A stretch of DNA of 64,000 bases from the human T2T-CHM13v2.0 reference genome, Homo sapiens. This document shows positions 37,156 to 62,669 of the stretch, piece after piece; position 1 is the stretch's first letter, and the number at the start of each line of letters is the position of its first letter. Under the pieces are notes generated by a model. That model saw only the letters and a program-made list of their open reading frames with translations. It did no database searches and was not told the origin of the DNA. The stretch lies in the NCBI RefSeq assembly GCF_009914755.1, contig NC_060943.1. The stretch is one strand, 5' to 3'. Position numbers and translations under genes: made by a program.

Positions 37156-39196
37156 TTCACAATTTCTCCATTCCAACCAAATCAACTTAAGCCTTCCCCA
37201 AGTGTACCTTCTGGTTGTACATATTCATTGGGTATATCATTCATCATCTCCTTTCTCAGTCTTCTCACAAACAAACTGCTGGAATAGAAAGGTATTGTCT
37301 TGATTTAAATGGGAATATATGGCTTGAATGAATTTAACTTGTCCTGATGCTGATTTGAGACCTAAGCTGTGAGTAGTCATGGAGCAGACGTGGAAAAACC
37401 TTGATGATCTCCGCTAGCCTAGGTTTTGCAATGGTACGTTGGGAAATAGAAGTGGTAGATCCCAGCATTAGTTTCTGGAAAGATGTCCTGCTTTGTGAGG
37501 TGTTTAGGATAGCAATTTGATTGCAGGCTTGTAAAGGAAACACGTTTTATGTTCCTCCTCTCTGATCTTTTTTCATTCATGTCTGCTAGCCATTCCTACA
37601 AATTGTGGGCTGCCAGTGAAAACCTTTCCAGTATTCCAATGCTGTTAGAGATTTGTTATTTTCTTTTTAGTTTCTTCTAATTTTTTATTTGCGGGTGCAG
37701 GAGAAGGAAATCCATATGCCAGGCCACTTTTGAAATATTCTATTGTTGATCAAACAGTACTTTGTCCTCTTTTCATATCTTTCAGAAAATTCCTCTTTAG
37801 CTCATCCACCAACCTTTAAAATACTGGTTTTCCTCAGATGCTAATTGGTTCTCTTCTTCTTCACAGTCCGTTTTTCTCTACGCACAATCAGATTCACTCT
37901 GAAGGCTACACTTAGTGTGATTCTAGTGACTCTCAAATACCCCTCTCCACTCTAGACCTCTGTCCAGAGTGTCAGAACCGAATATTCAACCTCCAGTAGC
38001 TATCACCACCTGTATGTTCCACAGACAAAGTACATTTCCAAAGCTTACCTCATTACTTCCTTTGGTCCAGCTTACATTTTCTTCCGTTTCCCATTTTCAC
38101 TTTCTAGTCCCAGCAGCCATGCATTTGCCTATGCAGATAAAATGCCTGTATCTTTTCCACTCTACAGCCAATTTACGACCATCTCTGTTGTAATGGTGGT
38201 CATGTAGGAGCAGTTGTCCTCTGTCAGCCCGCTGACACTTCCTTAATCTAGGAGACATTTCTAACCATGGTTACTTAATTGTCATTTCCACCTAACATGT
38301 GATAAGCCTTTTCCAGTCTTCAGGAGTATTACCTCAAAACTTTTATCACATAACGTGTGTCAACTTATGTTTATTGATGTTCTTTACATTCCTTAAAGCA
38401 ACAGACCCAAAGTAGGGCATGCCTCACAGTAGAATGTATAAGACGGTCTATTGGAAGGAAATAAAATACTAACAATTTACATTCGAGAGCAGTATTCATT
38501 AACAATGTAGATTTTCATAAATGCCTATTGATGGTTTATAAATAGCTACAATGTTGGGAATGTGTTCAGTATATCTTTAAGACCACTGTTCTGTAGGAAA
38601 AAAAAATCTAGTATCATGTCATAATATCCCCACTGCCTATCTCCATATACCTTTTCCTTCTTAGAGCTCAAAGACTGTTTCCTAACATACTGTGCCTTTT
38701 GCTATTTCCTGATTTACTAACTGGTTTTTTTCTCCCCATGAATTTTTAAAAGCTGATGCCCTGTATTCCTACAAAACAAATTCGTTGTGAGTACAAAACT
38801 TTTATGTCCTCAATGAAGCCTCGGAGTACAAAATGAAATTTTTCCTTGTTTTGTGACACTTTACCTTGTACGTATTTCTGTCATTGCATCTGTAAAACCT
38901 ACTAAGTGCATGTATTTACATGTATGCCCCTCTCTTAGCCTATAACTTCTCATGAGCAGGGTCAGGGTTTTATTCATTTTGGTCTACCAGGCAACCAGTC
39001 ACATTCAGGACAAATAGTGTGATCTCAGTATGTTTAGCATGAGATTATAAGTAAATACAAATGGATGTATTTTCAGAGAGAATTTTATGCAATATAAAAC
39101 ATAAATAAGGAAACTAGTCTGACCAGTAAACATTGTCAGTACTAGGTCTCCAATATCTAGTTCTCACACATTTCCGATCACTTCAGGATGAACTAG

Positions 39197-39352
<156 letters not shown>

Positions 39353-39424
39353 TGAATCTTTCACTGTCATGCATCTCCTTCTAAGAATTCCTGAAACATA
39401 TAGGACTTTGAATTTCAGGGATTA

Positions 39425-39779
<355 letters not shown>

Positions 39780-39934
39780 TATGATTATATCATCACTTGT
39801 GTAGTGTAAGGTATTAACTTTGGTAAGACATTAATGTATACCTCATTTACTACCTTGAAGTTGTATCTTTATCTTACTTCAATAGTTTTAAAGTCGAAAC
39901 AGCTTAGACCAAAAGTCTCATTTTCCATCATCAG

Positions 39935-40027
39935 GGTTTCACATGGCTAAGCCTGATATGATCCGCAAGTTGGAACAAGGAGAAGAGCTATGGACACAGA
40001 GAATTTTTCCAAGTTACAGCTACCTAG
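39935..40027 (+). CDS. ZNF382: ZNF382 KRAB-B exon (GFHMAKPDMIRKLEQGEELWTQRIFPSYSYL)
   Basis: Acceptor ttttccatcatcag, donor gtgagt at 40028; 93 nt, phase 1-1; KPD..LEQGEE.W motif. Confidence 0.95.
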
Positions 40028-40099
40028 GTGAGTCTATAAATGAAGTCTAGTGAACATTAAATGTCAAGTAGTTGAAGCCTTTGAATGTTTTTAGGGATC

Positions 40100-43925
<3,826 letters not shown>

Positions 43926-43929
43926 GAGT

Positions 43930-44567
<638 letters not shown>

Positions 44568-44569
44568 CT

Positions 44570-47180
44570 ATTTTTAGTAGTTTTAATTACATATAGTAAT
44601 TATAATTTTAACCATTAGTAACCTTTTAACAGAGTAAACTAAGAAGTAGATAGTTGTGAATTATCTGCTACATACTAGCATTCTATAACAGATTGGCAAA
44701 TGTTATGAATACATCATCTTACAACTTTATAGATACATATTTCCTCATAGTACAATTTTTTAGTGTTTAACAGATCCAAAGAGCTTATCCAAAACTCTTA
44801 TTCCACTTATATTGACCTACACAGATAGTATTTATTATGTTTGGATTGTTCATGAAAATTTTATAATACATTAAACAAAACTAGCCAGCCTCTCAAGTCA
44901 TTTCCTTGTTAACTGTTTTTATAGCACATACAAGTAAAAGGCAATTAAAGGCAAATCAAGAAAACCTGAAAAGTTAAATACATAGGTTTGTTTGTTTTGT
45001 TTTCCTGCTGTGTTTGATGTATATGAAATAATAGATATCAGACAATTCATTTCTACTATATGTTTATTTGTGCATTTTTTTCTTAAGTTGAATTTATAGT
45101 TTTTATAGTTTTAAACATAGTAAATATAATAGTAACTTATTTGACTAGTAAAGCCAAGTAGAATAAAAATATGTGCTCATAGATGCACCTCTTTTTATTA
45201 AACCAACAATATTAAACTCATCTTAGTTATCAAAATTTTACCCCAAGTCACATGAACTTGAAAGGCCTTTGGGTTAGTTCCTACATTTCTGGGGGTGTTA
45301 GGAACATTTCACTTATATAAACACTCATTTTTCTCTTAAAACAATTTGAATAAACTCTTTAAGGGAGTTTATAAATTAATTTGGCCAAGTGTTGTGGCTC
45401 ACACCTGTAATTCCAGCTACTCAGGAGGCTGAGGCAGGAGGATCGCTTGAGGCCAGGAGTGTGAGGCCAGCCTGGGCAACATAGCAAGACCCAGTCTCTG
45501 AAAAAATGTATCCCAGTGCAGTGGTGTGCACCTGTAGATCCAGCTATTCAGAAGGCTGAAGCAGGAGAATCACTTAAGCCCAGAAGTTCAAGGCTGCAGT
45601 GAGCTATGCACTACTGCACTCCAGCCTGGGCAAGAGTGAGACCTCGTCTCTAAATAACTAAAATGTTTAAATAATTAATTAATACCATCTAGAGGTAAGA
45701 AAATATCACATATACATAACATACATACATAGACATACATAGGCGGACAGACCCAAACAGAGATCTTATAACTTTCATTCTAAAATGTTAGCCAGGAGTC
45801 AGTAAAATAGTATTACACTCTCATCTTTGCTCCACTTTATATTTTTATCTGAATAGTGTTTCTGACACATGGAACAAGGTTAGCTGTTCAATATGTGGGC
45901 TAATGCTTTTTAGCCAATATTTGTAGAGATTTTCAGATTTTCATTTGCCCTGTTATGTAATCTTATGGAAGCTGTGGACTAAATTTTAGGTGAGCAACTG
46001 AGCTATCTGGATGTCTCCAAAGCTTGGCTGAGTGAATAAAATATCCACTTTGTTTCCAGTTAGCCCTTTTGTCCTTCTCAGCTGCAGGTAGTTTCTTTTG
46101 GGGGCCCCTTGAGTGCCCCCAATGTGGGGCAGGGCACCTAAAGTTCAAGTGACTGTAGGGGCTACAGTGGGAAGGGAAAGGTCAGCAGGGTGGACAGAGG
46201 GATGGAGGAGTTCTGAAGGGCCACCTGTCAAAGGATTCAGGGGAACTGAAGGGACAATCAGAGGTGGTGAGAGGAGGAAGGAGGAGTGGAGCAGTGGGAA
46301 AAGAGAGGTCTTACAGGAGCCAGTGTAGAGAATCCTTAGTAAAGTAATGCCAAGAAGAAAGGAAGTAGAGGGAGTTGGCAGAGCATATACCAACAGGGGA
46401 ACATACACCATCAATCAACTGAGAAGTTCCCATGGGAGAAACAGGATCAAACAGGCCTCACAGAGTCAGGAATTTTCTAGCCCTGAGAGTCAGGAAGTAA
46501 ATTCCCACCCAAAAGAAAAACCCAGGAAGAAAGACTTCTAGCCCAGCAGGTACCTTTTAAACAAAGAAGCCGGTGCCTGTAACCCAACTTCATATAAACA
46601 AGAGGAGCCTAGGATTCTAACCCAGCCTCTAGAGTATGCTCAGAATCTAAGGAATCAAAATGTTGTACCAGCTTCAATGGGAGTTTGTCCAGAGTAGTGG
46701 ACCAGGAGTCTGACTCACCAGTGGGTCCCCAGTCAGTCAGGAGTGAAGACCAAGGCTCAAAAGGTGTGCACTTGGGGTCCTGGGTGAGATGCCAAGGGGT
46801 CCAATAATCAATCTGTTCCTATCCAAGCTGTGTTACTATAAATACTAAAGAAAAACATTATCCTGACACTTGTAAGGCAGATCTCAGGGACTGCTACAAT
46901 GGGGTTTTGAAGTACTGGGGAGAGAATGGGCCAACTCTGAATACGATAAGGAAGAGAGGAAATTTATAGTTGTGGGAGGGGGCAGTGATGGGAAATTACT
47001 GAGTGGATAGGGTAATCTTGCTTAGCTGACCTACCAGGATTCCTACTGAAAGCAGGTCATGGTGATCAGATATCACCTGGAGGGGTTGGTGAGGAGAGAT
47101 ATCAGATATTGAGAGTGGGGGATTCCAGCTAAACCGACTTGACAGAATTCTCGCTAAAACTGGGCCCTTCGGTGGACATG
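44570..47180 (-). mobile_element. ERV1-class relic: MER31-like LTR (~46830-47175) with adjoining internal sequence
   Basis: ggattcctactgaaagcagg...cagaattctcgctaaaactgg LTR signature. Family assignment tentative. Confidence 0.5.
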
Positions 47181-48041
47181 CCCAAGGACTGGGCCTAATT
47201 GGTTAAAGTTTTATGGTATTGTCCTGAGTCCTGGGATGCAGTCTTTACTCCTAAAACGTGGCCCTTCTGGAGTCTCGATGGAAAGACCAAGATTGTTGTG
47301 CTTTGTTGCTTTGTTTTGTTTTCACCTAGCCCAGGACAAAAATGAATGGACCAGGATTTTTTGTTCTTTTGTTTTGTTTTGTTTGCCTGTTTTTCCACTC
47401 TGCTTTAAAATTTTCAGTGCATTTAAAAATACCAGAAAGGGACTGCCCCATATTGGTCTTCATGAATCCATGCTGAACTACTCTCTTTTATTATAACATT
47501 TCCAGTTTGCTTATATTGGGACCAAGGTTTTAACAAGGTTCTTGTTGTCACAGGGCTAGAATTGCAAACTCTTTTTCAGAGCTAAACAGCCACTGAACTC
47601 TTTGCTCAGTTCCTTCAGGGCTCTAGCTTTCTTTCCTCTTTGGGCTCCTTGCAATCTTGCCCTGCAGCAATGTAGTTAACCAAGGCTTTGAGGATGGCTT
47701 ATGCCAACTTTGGGGCTCTGCTTTTTTGACTTCTCCATTCCCAGATTTTGTCTTCAAGTTAGGGTAGCTCTGAACTCTAACCTCTGATTCCCCTATACAG
47801 ATGACTTGTGCTTTCTCCTGGAGATCTATCTCTTCTGTGCTGCCTGAACTACTGAGAACATATACCTGGCTAAATGTAGCTCTTATGCAGTGTGGTTTCT
47901 TTCTTTCAAAGATTGCATCCACTTCAGCTTCTGGCTACTTTTGGTCATTCTTTAGTGCCTTCAAATAAGTGGGTTTTTTTTTTATCAGCTGGAGGATTGT
48001 TTTGATACAAACTTCTTTGTCTTACCAAAATCTAGATGTCA

Positions 48042-50395
<2,354 letters not shown>

Positions 50396-50807
50396 TAATC
50401 AGCCCAAGTAGTATAAAATTGAGTCCATCATCTCTGTTATACTTTCTTAATGATCTCTCCACAATGTGTTATATTATCTCACTCTGTAAAATATCTTTAC
50501 ATCTTCTTATATTCTGATTTGCCATTGACAGCTTCCAAAATGAGAGCCATATCATTTCAGGTGTGGGCTACTGTAATTAATCTTTGGATTTGCCATGATT
50601 TTTCCCTAGTTTTTTTTTTTTTTTTTTTTCCAGTTTTTTCTGTCATTATGCTAAAAAGATAACACTTTTTAATATGAACTTTAAATCCCTCTGTTTTCAA
50701 GGGTGACAGGATCATACCCGATTTGGTCATTCCAAATGTATTTCTGTCTGTGACTCAGAACTTTCGATAATCTCTATTTGTTCAAGACTACTAAATATAC
50801 TTCATAT

Positions 50808-50872
50808 ACAGTCAGCCCCCCGAATTCATGGCTTCCACATCAGCAGATTCAACCAACTGTAAATAGAAAAAA

Positions 50873-50907
<35 letters not shown>

Positions 50908-51128
50908 ACAAATAAAAATCAGTATAGTATAACAACTGTTGGCATAGCATTTGCACTGTATTAGGTATAAGTCATGTAGAGATGATTCAAAGTATACAGG
51001 AGGATATGTGTAGGTCATATGCAAATACTACACTATTTTATATGAGGGACTTGAGCATCTTTGGATTTTAGTATCCTTGGGGATTTCGGAACCTGTCCCC
51101 TTAGATTGGATAATGAGGGAAAACTGTA
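50808..51128. mobile_element. MER2 with an internal (CA)n
   Basis: tacagtcagccc...gcagattcaaccaactg...gagggaaaactgta. Confidence 0.8.
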
Positions 51129-51214
51129 ATTGGTTTTATTCATCACAGCTGGACCTTTCCTTATATGATGGATACTATATGTTCCATATATACTTGCAAA
51201 ATTAGCCAACTAGG

Positions 51215-52135
<921 letters not shown>

Positions 52136-52795
52136 ATACTATATAATATATCATTTAGCTAAAAAATCAAGTTTCATTTCCTCCATGAAATACCTTGACT
52201 ACTGTATAGACTATGTCTATTTCTGTTTTTTATGCATTCCATTGTACTTGACATCTGTAACATGTGAGCAGACACGTCCTCTGATATGATCTAGTAATTT
52301 GGTACCTAATTCAACATTGTTTTATATGACATTTCTTTCTCTATTTGGTTATAATCATTCCCCAAAATAAGGTCCTCTCATTTGCCTTTCCTTACTGCAG
52401 CTTGTAACAGAGGCCATGTATCCAGTAGTTATCTTATTGATTGTCGTGCCATGCAAGCGAAAATGTCTTTCTCATCCATTTAGAAATCATTTACTACTAA
52501 GTTCTTTTTAGGGGTACCTGCCAGCATTTTATCCCCTAACTTCAGATAACAGTGTGTAAACGTATACTGAGAAGATTTTAGAGAAAATCGTCAATAAAAT
52601 GTTGACCTCCAAAAACATGAGTTTTAGTTGGGAAAGCAATACTGTATTATCAAATTGAGGACTTTACATAGAATGATCGTGTTAAAATCTTAGGCCGTTG
52701 GAAAATATCTGGAAGTGAATGTTCCAGACCATAATTATATTACAATTTCAGACAGACGGGATACTGAAAGGTAGAAAAACTATGTGAAAGCTTAG

Positions 52796-55219
<2,424 letters not shown>

Positions 55220-55432
55220 TGAGTGTTTTTTGCTTATGCCAGTTTTTCTTCATTTTAACAGAGTAGCAAGATTTGTATTTATGTTTATACATTTTCCCTA
55301 CCAAGAGGTAATTTATTCTGGCCTTTTTGTAGATCACGGTAGTGAGATAGTCCCACCATAGTTTGTCTGTATGTATACCCAATCCATAGCATTTATGTGA
55401 AGACTCACAGTGTTAATGGTATTCTTTTCTAG

Positions 55433-56853
55433 AAGAAGATGGGAAAACTGAAGATGTCTTAGTGAAGTTCAAAGAATACCAAGACAGGCATTCTAGACCC
55501 CTCATATTCATCAACCACAAAAAACTAATTAAGGAGAGAAGTAATATTTATGGTAAAACATTTACTCTAGGCAAGAACCGTATTTCAAAAACAATACTAT
55601 GTGAATATAAACCTGATGGAAAAGTTTTGAAAAATATTTCAGAACTAGTCATTAGAAATATAAGCCCCATAAAAGAGAAGTTTGGTGACAGTACTGGATG
55701 GGGGAAATCACTCCTCAATACCAAGCATGAGAAAATTCATCCTGCAGTGAATCTCCATAAACAAACAGAAAGAGTTCTCAGTGGTAAACAGGAGCTTATT
55801 CAGCATCAGAAGGTTCAAGCTCCAGAGCAACCATTTGACCATAATGAATGTGAAAAATCCTTCCTGATGAAAGGAATGCTATTTACACATACTAGAGCTC
55901 ACAGAGGAGAAAGAACCTTTGAATACAATAAAGATGGAATTGCCTTCATAGAAAAGTCAAGCCTCAGTGTCCATCCAAGTAATCTTATGGAAAAGAAGCC
56001 CTCTGCCTACAACAAATATGGGAAATTCCTCTGCAGAAAGCCTGTTTTTATTATGCCTCAGAGACCTCAAACAGAAGAGAAACCCTTTCACTGTCCTTAC
56101 TGTGGGAATAACTTTAGAAGGAAGTCATACCTCATTGAACATCAGCGAATTCACACAGGTGAAAAACCTTATGTTTGCAATCAATGTGGAAAGGCCTTCC
56201 GTCAGAAGACAGCCCTCACCCTTCATGAGAAAACACATATAGAGGGGAAACCCTTTATTTGTATCGATTGTGGGAAGTCCTTCCGCCAGAAGGCCACCCT
56301 CACTAGACATCACAAAACACATACGGGGGAGAAAGCCTATGAATGTCCTCAGTGTGGAAGTGCCTTTAGGAAGAAGTCATACCTCATTGATCACCAGAGA
56401 ACTCACACAGGAGAGAAACCGTATCAGTGTAATGAGTGTGGGAAGGCATTTATCCAGAAGACAACCCTCACTGTTCATCAGAGAACTCACACAGGAGAGA
56501 AACCCTATATTTGCAATGAATGTGGGAAGTCCTTCTGCCAAAAGACAACCCTCACTCTCCACCAGAGAATTCACACGGGGGAAAAACCCTATATTTGTAA
56601 TGAATGTGGGAAGTCCTTCCGCCAGAAGGCAATCCTCACTGTTCATCACAGAATACATACAGGAGAAAAATCCAATGGGTGTCCTCAGTGTGGGAAAGCC
56701 TTCAGTAGGAAATCAAACCTCATTCGCCATCAGAAAACTCACACAGGCGAGAAACCATATGAATGTAAACAGTGTGGGAAGTTCTTCAGTTGTAAGTCAA
56801 ACCTCATTGTCCATCAGAAAACTCACAAGGTAGAAACCACGGGAATTCAGTAA
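55433..56853 (+). CDS. ZNF382: ZNF382 last coding exon: spacer, ~4 degenerate fingers, 9 intact C2H2 fingers
   Basis: Acceptor attcttttctag; open frame to TAA at 56851-56853 with HTGEKPY linkers. Spliced CDS is 139+93+1421=1653 nt = 550 aa, matching my recollection of ZNF382. Confidence 0.96.
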
Positions 56854-56981
56854 GTAATGTGGCTTTTTTTGTAAAAAAATGTTAAGTCATAGTAAACCCT
56901 GTAGATGATGTTGCTTGCAAGCGTAATATCCAACAGTTTAAGGTACTATACCACATGGTAACCTACTGTTTGCCAGCCTGT

Positions 56982-56984
<3 letters not shown>

Positions 56985-57013
<29 letters not shown>
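56985..57013. repeat. (CA)n microsatellite in the 3' UTR
   Basis: Direct inspection. Confidence 0.95.
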
Positions 57014-57015
<2 letters not shown>

Positions 57016-57339
57016 TATTATTAGACAAATTAGATGACAAAAATCATTAAGAAGTCCAAACTTTTTTTTTATTACTAGCTTCAGCAGACAAAAACTTCCT
57101 CTGTCAAGGTGTTATAAACATTTAAAATCACATTTTCCATTTCCATACATATCTTTTTGTTCATCAGTAATAACTAGTTGGCCAACTGACTGTGGTCCAT
57201 GGACTACACAGTGAGTAGAGGTTCTTTAAAAGAAGGAGGTATGAACTGTATTTCTCATTGCAAATACAAAATAAAAATTAGTTGTTACCTCCTCACAGTT
57301 GACCATGATTCTGACTTCTAACATTACAAATTAGTTTTT

Positions 57340-57670
57340 ACTATTATAAACCTTTCTATAAATTGGATTATATATCATGTATTCTTTCATATACAGCTTA
57401 TTACCTTCATCATGTCCGTGAGTCTAATCATTAGTACGTGTGGCAGAAGTTTATTTATTTTTATCCAGTATAGAATTCAATTATATGATTATATCACAAT
57501 TTATCCATTCTGCTGTTGATGGACTTTTACATTGTTTACAGCTTAGGGTCATAATAAATCATGCTTCTGAGAACATACTTGTCTTGGTGTACATACATGT
57601 ATTTCTCTTGTGTATATACTTAGGAGTGGAATCGCTGGGTCTTAGAGCATGTGTGTATTCAGTCAGATAC
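57340..57670 (-). mobile_element. L1ME-like fragment between the ZNF382 stop and the fossil fingers
   Basis: cacaatttatccattctgctgttgatggac...atacttaggagtggaatcgctgggtc. Confidence 0.7.
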
Positions 57671-57679
57671 TGGCAGACA

Positions 57680-58429
<750 letters not shown>

Positions 58430-58579
58430 TAATTTTCGTATTTTTAGTAGAGACAGGGTTTCATCATGTTGGCCAGGCTGGTCTCGAACTCCTGACCTCA
58501 GGTGATCTGCCTGCCTCGGCCTCCCAAAGTGCTAGGATTACAGGGACTTTTAACTCTGGGGAAAGCTCTCTTTCATGAA

Positions 58580-58835
58580 AGAAGTCTAGCCATACCGAGA
58601 CCATAATGCTAGGAAGTCTATGTGTAGGCCCCCTGGTCAACAGCTACAGCTGAGCTCCCAGCCATCAGCTAGCATCAGCTGCCAACCATGTAAGTGAGGC
58701 CTCTTGGACATCCAGTCAAGCCTTCAGATGACTGTGGACCCTGCTAACACCCAACTGGTACCACAAATGAGACCTCAAGCAAGAACTGCCCAGCTGAGGC
58801 CTTCCCAAATTCCTGGCCAACAAAATCATCAGGCT
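58580..58835 (+). mobile_element. MLT1-type LTR fragment
   Basis: cagctgagctcccagccatcagctagcatcagctgccaaccatgtaagtgag. Confidence 0.65.
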
Positions 58836-60417
58836 TTTTAACTACAAACAGTTTTATTTTTTATTTAATAAAAAAGTTTTTATTTAACTTGATTGTTTTA
58901 TTAAAAGGGAAAAGTAATTTTTTAGTATCTGTTAATATATAATAAAAATAAAGGTATAAGCCTGGGCTTGGTGGCTCATTTCTGTAATCCCAGCACTTTG
59001 GGAGGTGTTGGGAGGATCACTTGAGCCCAGGAGTTCGAGACCAGCCTGGGAAACATGCCAAAACCCCATCTCTACAAAAAATTAGCCAGGAATGGTGGCA
59101 CATGCCTGTAGTCCCAGCTACTCGGGAGGCTGAGTGGGAGGATCACTTGGGCCCGGGAGGCGGAGGTTGCAGTGAGCCAGGATAGCACCACTGCACTCCA
59201 GCCTGGGTAACAGAGCGAGACCCTGTCTCATAAATAAATAAATACATAAAGGTGTAAATATATGGATTCTAGAGTCAATGAGCAAAGGTATTGTTGTTAC
59301 TAATAGGTGATTTTGGCATGAAGAAAAACTGGCCATAAAATACAGTTGAAGATTTGGCTGCATTTTTGCCTTACGATTACATACCTTAATAATTACAACT
59401 CAATTGAGGGGTCCATATATATTCTTTCTCATTTTCTGGCAGTAAATCATATTCATCATATACTTCCCAATTTTGCACACACAAAAAATGAAAATAGCCC
59501 CCAAAAGAAAGGCAGGATAATGCGATCTATCCTCAAAAGACCCCGTGCTGTCATTTCTCAACAAAGGCGCAGAGAGAAATCAAGGTATGGAATCTAATGA
59601 ATGTCCGTGAAGGAGGTACTTTTGAATGCTTTAAAGAAAGTCTAAATAAAGTTGCGTTTTCTTTTCTTTTTTTTTTTTTTGAGACAGAGTTTCACTTTTG
59701 TTTCCCAGGCTGGAGTGCAATGGCGCAATTTCGGCTCATTGCAACCTCTACCTCAAGCAATTCTCCTGCCTCAGCCTCCCAAGTAGCTGGGATTACAGGC
59801 GCCCACCTGTATTTTTAGTAGAGACGGGGTTTCATCATGTTGGCCAGGCTGGTCTCCAAAGCCTGACCTCAGGCGATCCACCCGCCTCAGCCTCCCAAAG
59901 TGCTGAGATTACAGGTGTGAGCCACCGCACCCAGCCGAAATTGTGTTTTCTAAAGCTATTTACATATAAGCTGCCGCTCCTTAGGAAAATTTGGTCCTGT
60001 GGTTTATATTTTGGCATGAAACAGCATTGGGCTGTATTCCAGAATCCTGCTTGAAGATTTCTTTTGAAGAAATCAGAAATTTTCTTTGCATTTTTTTTAT
60101 TTTTTTGAGACAGGTTCTCAGTCTGTCACCTAGGCTGGAGTAGAGTGGTGCCATTATAGCTCACTGCAGACTTGAATTCCTGGACTCAAGCAATTCTCCT
60201 GCCTCAGCCTCCCAAGTAGCTAGGACTACAGGCAGGCGCCATTCCTCTCAGCTAATGTTTTTATTTTTTATACATATGGGGTCTCGTTGTGTTGCCCAGG
60301 CTGGTATTGAACTCCTGGCCTCAAGCAATCTTCCCTCTTCGGCCTCCTAAAATGCTGGGGTTACAGGTGTGAGCCACTTCACTCACTTTAGAGATTTTCA
60401 CTTTATGAATTGATAAA

Positions 60418-61062
60418 TACAGCATTGCATCACTTAATAGGGATACATTCTGAGAAATGCATCATGAGGCAGTGTCATGATCGTGCAAGCATCACAGAGT
60501 GCTGATACAAACCGAGATGGTACAGCCTACTAAACACCTAGGCTATATGGTAGAGCCTGTTGCTCCTAGGCTACAAATCTGTACTGCATGTTACTGTGCT
60601 GGATACTATAGGCAATTGTAACACAATGGTAATTATTTGTATATGTAAACCTATCTAAACACAGAAAAGGTACAGTAAAAATGTGGTACTATAATCTTTT
60701 TTTTTTTTTGAGACAGAGTCTCACTCTGTCGCCCAGGCTGGTGTGCAGTGGTGTGATCTCGGCTCATTGCAACCTCCGCCTCCTGGGTTCAAGTGATTCT
60801 CCTGCCTCAGCCTCATGAGTAGCTGGGACTACAGGTGCACACCACCAAACCCGGCTAATTTTTGTATTTTTAGTAGAGACGGGGTTTCACCATGTTGGCC
60901 AGGATGGTCTCAATCTCCTGACCTCGTGATCCACCCGCCTCGGCCTCTCAAAGTGCTGGGATTACAGGTGTGAGCCACCATGCCTGGCTGGTACTATAAT
61001 CTTATGAGACCACCATTATATATGCAGTCCATCATGGACCAAAATGTCATGTGGTGCATGAG
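60418..61062. mobile_element. Tigger3a (MER7A) split by an Alu
   Basis: gggatacattctgagaaatgcatc...; Alu TSD gtactataatctt. Confidence 0.8.
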
Positions 61063-61460
61063 TATTTTTCATCTAACTTATATATTGCTCAATGAAGTTT
61101 GGGCAACTCTAAGGAGCAAACATGTTTATAGAATCTAAGTCAACTTGACCTAAACATATACGACAAAATAGGAGTGATTTTACAAATTCATATTTTGTAG
61201 ACCTAACTGCAAGGTCATAAGGCATATGCAAAATGAGTTCATCAGTTCAGAGGACTAACAGGACTCCACAGAGCATACCCAGGAAATGTTTTTACTTAGA
61301 AGCAAAGGATGTGGCTCAGCAAAAGAAAGGGAAGGTAAGCATTAGGGCTCAGAATCATCTAGCTGCACATTCCTCAGTGGTTTTATTCACACACAGACCG
61401 CACACGGTCTCTGAACTGAAGCACTAAGACCTGTATCAAACTTGATTTGGGGAGAGCTGA

Positions 61461-61835
<375 letters not shown>

Positions 61836-62669
61836 TAGTCAAGCCAGGCTATCTAACTGGTTATGTAAGTTTAAAAAAGTTAAAAAGCCATCATAAACAA
61901 ATTGGCTCTGGGAGTCTCCCAGGGAATATCAGACTTTAACTAGTACCTTGTATAGCTCACTGGCCTTATCCCAACCAAGAGTCAGAGCCAGACATCCGGG
62001 CATCGTGGAGATAATTTTAGAGCTTTGCAGTCTGACTGTAAATCAGCTCCATCTTATAAACATGGTTCCTATAACTGCTGTGTATTTCCTGATAATGTAT
62101 GTGAACAAGCATATCTCCTCACCCTCTGTGTCCCCAGTATCAGATAGTGCACAGTACATCTCAAATGTGATCATTTCTTGTCAGCTAATGCTTGAATTTC
62201 TCCACTCAGTTTCTGGTCTAGCAATAGAGCCAGGCTTGCCATGTCCTGCTTCACAAGTAATGTGCAACAGCAAAAGCACAGGCTCCAACACTAGTCTACA
62301 ACATGCACCTGGGATGTTCTAGATATTTATCAGTTTATAATCAGGCTTTTTTTTTTTTTTTGAGACAGTGTCTCGCTCTGTCGCCCAGGCTGGAGGCAGT
62401 GGCTCGATCTTGGCTCACTGTAAGCTCCGCCTCCTGGGTTCACACCATTGTCCTGCCTCAGCCTCCTGAGTAGCTGGGACTACAGGCACCTGCCACCATG
62501 CCCAGCTAATTTTTTGTATTTTTAGTAGAGACGGGGTTTTACTGTGTTAGCCAGGGTGGTGTCGATCTCCTGACCTCATGATCCGCCCACCTCGACCTCC
62601 CAAAGTGCTGGGATTACAGGCGTGAGCCACCGCACCCGGCCTATAATCGGACTTTTCAAAACCCTAGAT

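Noticed and set aside
56270-56833. 187-aa alternative-frame ORF and antisense ORFs over the finger array
   Set aside because: Shadow frames produced by the repetitive C2H2 codon pattern; no independent support.
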